The translations under genes were made by a program, and so were the position numbers. This document shows positions 60,610 to 64,000 of a stretch of DNA of 64,000 nucleotides, piece after piece (the stretch's first letter is position 1; each line of letters begins with the position of its first letter). The notes beneath the pieces were generated by a model, which worked only from the letters and a program-made list of their open reading frames with translations, ran no database searches and was not told the DNA's origin. The stretch covers positions 149,174,001 to 149,238,000 of the forward strand of contig CM059431.1 of the NCBI GenBank assembly GCA_030390025.1, given 5' to 3'. This stretch comes from Squalus acanthias (taxonomy: Eukaryota).

Positions 60610-61525
60610 CCTCCCTCTGTCTATAATCTGCTTCTCACTCCGCCTTTGTCTGCTATCATCTATCTCTCCTTTATCTCTGTCAAACTCTCTCTCTCCCAAT
60701 CTATATCTAATATCACGTCTCACCATCTCCATCAATCTCTCCTCTATCTCTGTCACCCCCTCTCTCTCTATCTATATCTAATATTCTCTTCCCTGTCTAT
60801 CTCCATTGATCTCTCCTCTATCTCCGTCACCCTATCTCTCACTCTTTCTCATTCTCTGCCTCAATCTCTCTCAGTTTCCTCCTCACTCTCTCAGTCTCTG
60901 CCTCAATCACTCACTCTCTCTCAGGGAAGAGAGAAAGACTGTGGAGAGACAGAGACGGGAGAGAGAGAGAGAGAGACTGTGGGAGAGAGAGAAAGACTGG
61001 GGAGAGAGAGACTTGTGGTGGGAGAGAGAGAGAGACTGAGTGAGAGAGAGAATGGAGGAGAGAGACACTAGAGGAGAGATAGACAGAGAGAGAAAAAGAG
61101 ACTGGGAGAGAGAGAGATACTGGGGACAGAGAGAGAGAGAGAGAGAGAGACTGGGGAGAGAGATACGGGAGAGAGAGAGACTGTGGGAGACAGAGAAAGA
61201 CTGGGGAGTGAGAGACTGGGGGTGGGAGAGAGAGAGAGAGAGAGACTGAGCGAGAGAGAGGGAATGGAGGAGAGAGCATGGAGGAGATAGACACTAGGGG
61301 AGAGATAGACAGAGAGAGTAAAAGAGACTGTGGGGCGAGTGAGAGACTGGGGACAGAGAGAGAGACTGGGGAGTGAGAGAGAGACTGGGGAAGAGAGAGA
61401 GTCTGGGGAGAGAGAGAGAGACTGGGGGGAGAGAGAGTCTGGGGGGAGAGTGAGAGACTGGGGTGTGTGAGAGGGACTGGATAAAGAGAGAGAGACTGGG
61501 GAATGGGAGAGAGACTGGGGAATAG
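60610..61525. repeat. TC-rich tract followed by GA-rich low-complexity tract
   Basis: (TC)n-like 60610-60921, then (GA)n with GACTGGGG units 60925-61525. Confidence 0.9.
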
Positions 61526-61734
61526 AGCGAGGCGTTGTGGTTTCACATTCTCATCACTTTCTATTTCTAAATTGACAATTTAGGGAATAATCCATCATGA
61601 AATATCTGCAAATTTATATATATCTAAATATGCACAACGCGCTTCAGCAAAATATCCCCACAAAATCAGCAACATTTCCATTTGAAATTTGGTCCCTGAA
61701 CCAGAAGCTTCACAAAAGATGGCTCCCCATCCGA

Positions 61735-61835
61735 CATGTCAATCACCGGACTGTGCTCCGCCCATCGCAAAAGCCATTGGCTGAACTTCAAGACCGGTCC
61801 GCATTCGATTGGCCGCTGCGGCTGTCAATCACCCG
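61735..61835. promoter_or_regulatory. Candidate promoter motif cluster (PBX/TALE decamer, CCAAT boxes, GC box)
   Basis: Minus strand TGATTGACAG (61822-61831) followed 9 nt later by CCAAT (61808-61812); second CCAAT near 61776, GGGCGGAG near 61756-61763, second TGATTGACA near 61737-61745; locally CpG-rich. Confidence 0.4.
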
Positions 61836-62470
61836 CGGCATCAACTTTCGCCGGTAAAATCCGCTGTCAACTTTTCACAGATCAGCTGTTGGCGTTTGCA
61901 ACTCTGACTGAAGTGAGCCAGCTGGCTGATGTTGCACAGAAATCACCACCGCTGCTCCATTTTAAAGGACTTTCTCACCAACACGTTGAGCGACTGATTA
62001 AAAACATCATATATTTATTTCTTTAAACTTTGTTTGGGAATGTGGCATTTTATGAACAATCCTTTCTCCTAATTGCAAACATCAGAATTCCCTTGAAACC
62101 GTCCAACGTTTAAATCAGCAGAAAAGTTTTAAAATCTGCTTTTGGGAGCTGGGTTTGCGGTGGAGGAACAGCCTGAGACTCAGTGCCAGCATGGTTTGCC
62201 CAAAAAGCTGCTCCCTGGGCAGCAGTGTTCTCACTGGAAACTCTCAGTAGAAACATCTGTCTTTTCCCTCGCTTCCTTCACTCTGCATGTCTTACACTTG
62301 CACAGAGATCCATTTGCTCTGAACGCGCACTTACGAACATAAGAACATAAGAAATAAAAGCAGGAGTCGGCCATTTGGCCCTTCGCGCCTGCTCCGCCAG
62401 ATACCAACGACATCGGTAGAACTAAGAATGAGGTTCTGCTGAGGAAGTTGGAGAGGACAGTTGGCAGTAA

Positions 62471-62544
62471 GCCCTGCTAGCTCAGTCATTAGAGCATGAA
62501 ATTCTATCATCTCCAGGTCGTGGGTTCGAGCCCCACGTTGGGCG
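62471..62544 (+). pseudogene. tRNA-Lys(CTT)-derived pseudogene
   Basis: GCCCTGCTAGCTCAGTC...GGTCGTGGGTTCGAGCCCCACGTTGGGCG aligns to vertebrate tRNA-Lys; D-loop GG lost and anticodon arm scrambled. Confidence 0.85.
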
Positions 62545-62559
62545 GTTGTTTCTTTAATT

Positions 62560-64000
62560 TTCCCCGCAGCAGCAGTGCGGAACTGGGAGGAGCGGCGAGG
62601 CGGAGGCGGCGGCACCAACTCAGCACCGACAGAATTTTCAAAGAGTGAGTCAGAAGTCAAAAGTGACGTCGGGACAAGGGGAGGGAGCTGATTGGTGAGG
62701 ATCTGGTAAGTCTTTCTTAAAGTTTTTTAATTTATTCCAGCTAGGTTAGTAAATTAGAGGTTAATTAGAGGTATGGCAGTGCAGCTCCCACCCGTAGAAT
62801 GCACATCCTGTGCCATTTGGGAAGTCCTGGACAGCTCCCGTGTTCTGGATGACCACATGTGCGGGAAATGTCACCAGCTACAACAGCTCGAGCACCGGTT
62901 TACGGAGCTTGAGCGGCGGCTGCAGTCACTGCTGTGCCTCCTTGAGGCTGAGAGCAAACTGGATAGCACGTCTCGGGAGTTGGTCACCCCGCAGTTTAAG
63001 AGTGTGCAAGCAGAGAGGGAATGAGTGACAGTCAGACAGAAGAGGCGGACCCGGCAGGTACTGCAGGAATCCCCTGAGCCCATCTTGCTCACCAACAAGT
63101 ATTCAGTGCTGAGTACTGGTGAGGGCGATGGTTCATCTGGGGAGTGCGGCCATAGCCAAGTCCACAGCACCATGGAGGGCTCAGCTGCACAGGCGGGAGG
63201 GAAGAGGAGAGGGAGAGCAATTGTGATAGGGGATTCAATAGTTAGGGCAGCAGACAGGTGTTTCTGTCGCCGCAGACGTTACTCCAGGATGTTATTTTGC
63301 CTCCCTGATTCCAGGGTCAAGCATGTCACTGAACGGCTGCAGGAAATTCTGAGGGGGGAGAATAGACTTGGTCCATATCGATACCAACGGCATAGTTAGG
63401 AAGAGGGATGAGGTTTTGCAGGCAGAGTTTAGGGAGCAAGGAAAGAAGCTAAAAAGCAGGTCCTCAAAGGTTGTAATCTCCAGATTATTACCAGTGCCAC
63501 GTGCTCGTGATTTCAAAAATAGGAAGACAGAGCAGATGAATGCGTGGCTGGAGAGATGGTGTAGGAGGGAGCGCTTTAGATTCCTACCGAATTGGAACCT
63601 TTTTTCTGGGGGAGGTTGGACCACTAAAAGCCAGACCGGTTGCACCTCACCGGGAACGGTACTAATATCCTCGCGGTAGGGCTTGCTAGTGCTGTTGGGG
63701 AGGGTTTAAACTAACTTGGCATTTATGATGGGAACCTAATATAGAATCAATAGGGAGGGAAGAGAAACTGGAATTGGAAAACAAAAACGTAGAAAATAAA
63801 TTGGAAGGACAGAGGAATCAAGAGCTAGATAGTAGTCAACAAGGAGGTTTAACTGTGCTAAATGATATATACATCAATGCAAGGAGTATAGCGAGCAGAT
63901 GAGCTAAGGGCACAGCTAGATACTTGGGACAATGATATTATAGCTATTAGAGAAACGTGGCTGAAAGAGGGGCTGGTATGGCAGCTCAACATTCCTGATT
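62560..64000 (+). mobile_element. CR1 LINE 5' end: 5' UTR, ORF1 (Cys-rich zinc finger, coiled coil, SGNH esterase) and start of ORF2, degenerate
   Basis: VECTSCAIWE...CGKC, AIVIGDSIVR, VHIDTNGI, SKVVISRLLPVP; ORF2 start YINARSI near 63870. Confidence 0.9.

Noticed and set aside
60646..61546. Ser/Leu- and Glu/Arg-rich ORFs
   Set aside because: Translations of TC/GA low-complexity sequence
62495..62515. CTA triplet in the anticodon region suggesting an amber-suppressor tRNA
   Set aside because: The anticodon stem does not pair, the loop is the wrong size and the D-loop GG is lost

Overview
Eukaryotic, repeat-dominated DNA whose repeat families (CR1 and RTE LINEs, tRNA-derived SINEs, Harbinger-type MITEs) and GPR139-like receptor remnants point to a cartilaginous fish (shark); the host assignment is inference. 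Most ORFs in the supplied track are satellite translations or LINE fragments. The stand-out object is a bounded 7.4-kb endogenous retrovirus-like provirus at 35934-43332. It has two 763-bp LTRs, a CTAG target-site duplication, a tRNA-Leu primer-binding site and a PPT. Inside, a short gag-like start runs straight into the last helix of RNase H, so no capsid, protease or reverse transcriptase is recognisable. This is followed by an open 419-codon integrase, an orphan ORF bounded by strong splice sites, and an envelope gene built like a paramyxo/pneumovirus-type fusion (F) protein rather than a classical retroviral SU/TM (lokiretrovirus-like by inference). Host-gene remnants are the last two exons of an ABCG-type transporter pseudogene (496-1427, with an inverted partial copy at about 3710-3912), a GPR139-like GPCR pseudogene (14760-17985) and a second GPCR first exon (53749-53971); both first exons trail tandem degenerate copies of their own exon end plus splice donor. 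The window also holds two near-identical 773-bp MITEs with verifiable 3-bp TSDs, minisatellites traceable to SINE/LINE segments, and a tRNA-Lys pseudogene. LINE and satellite boundaries are approximate and all identities were judged by eye.
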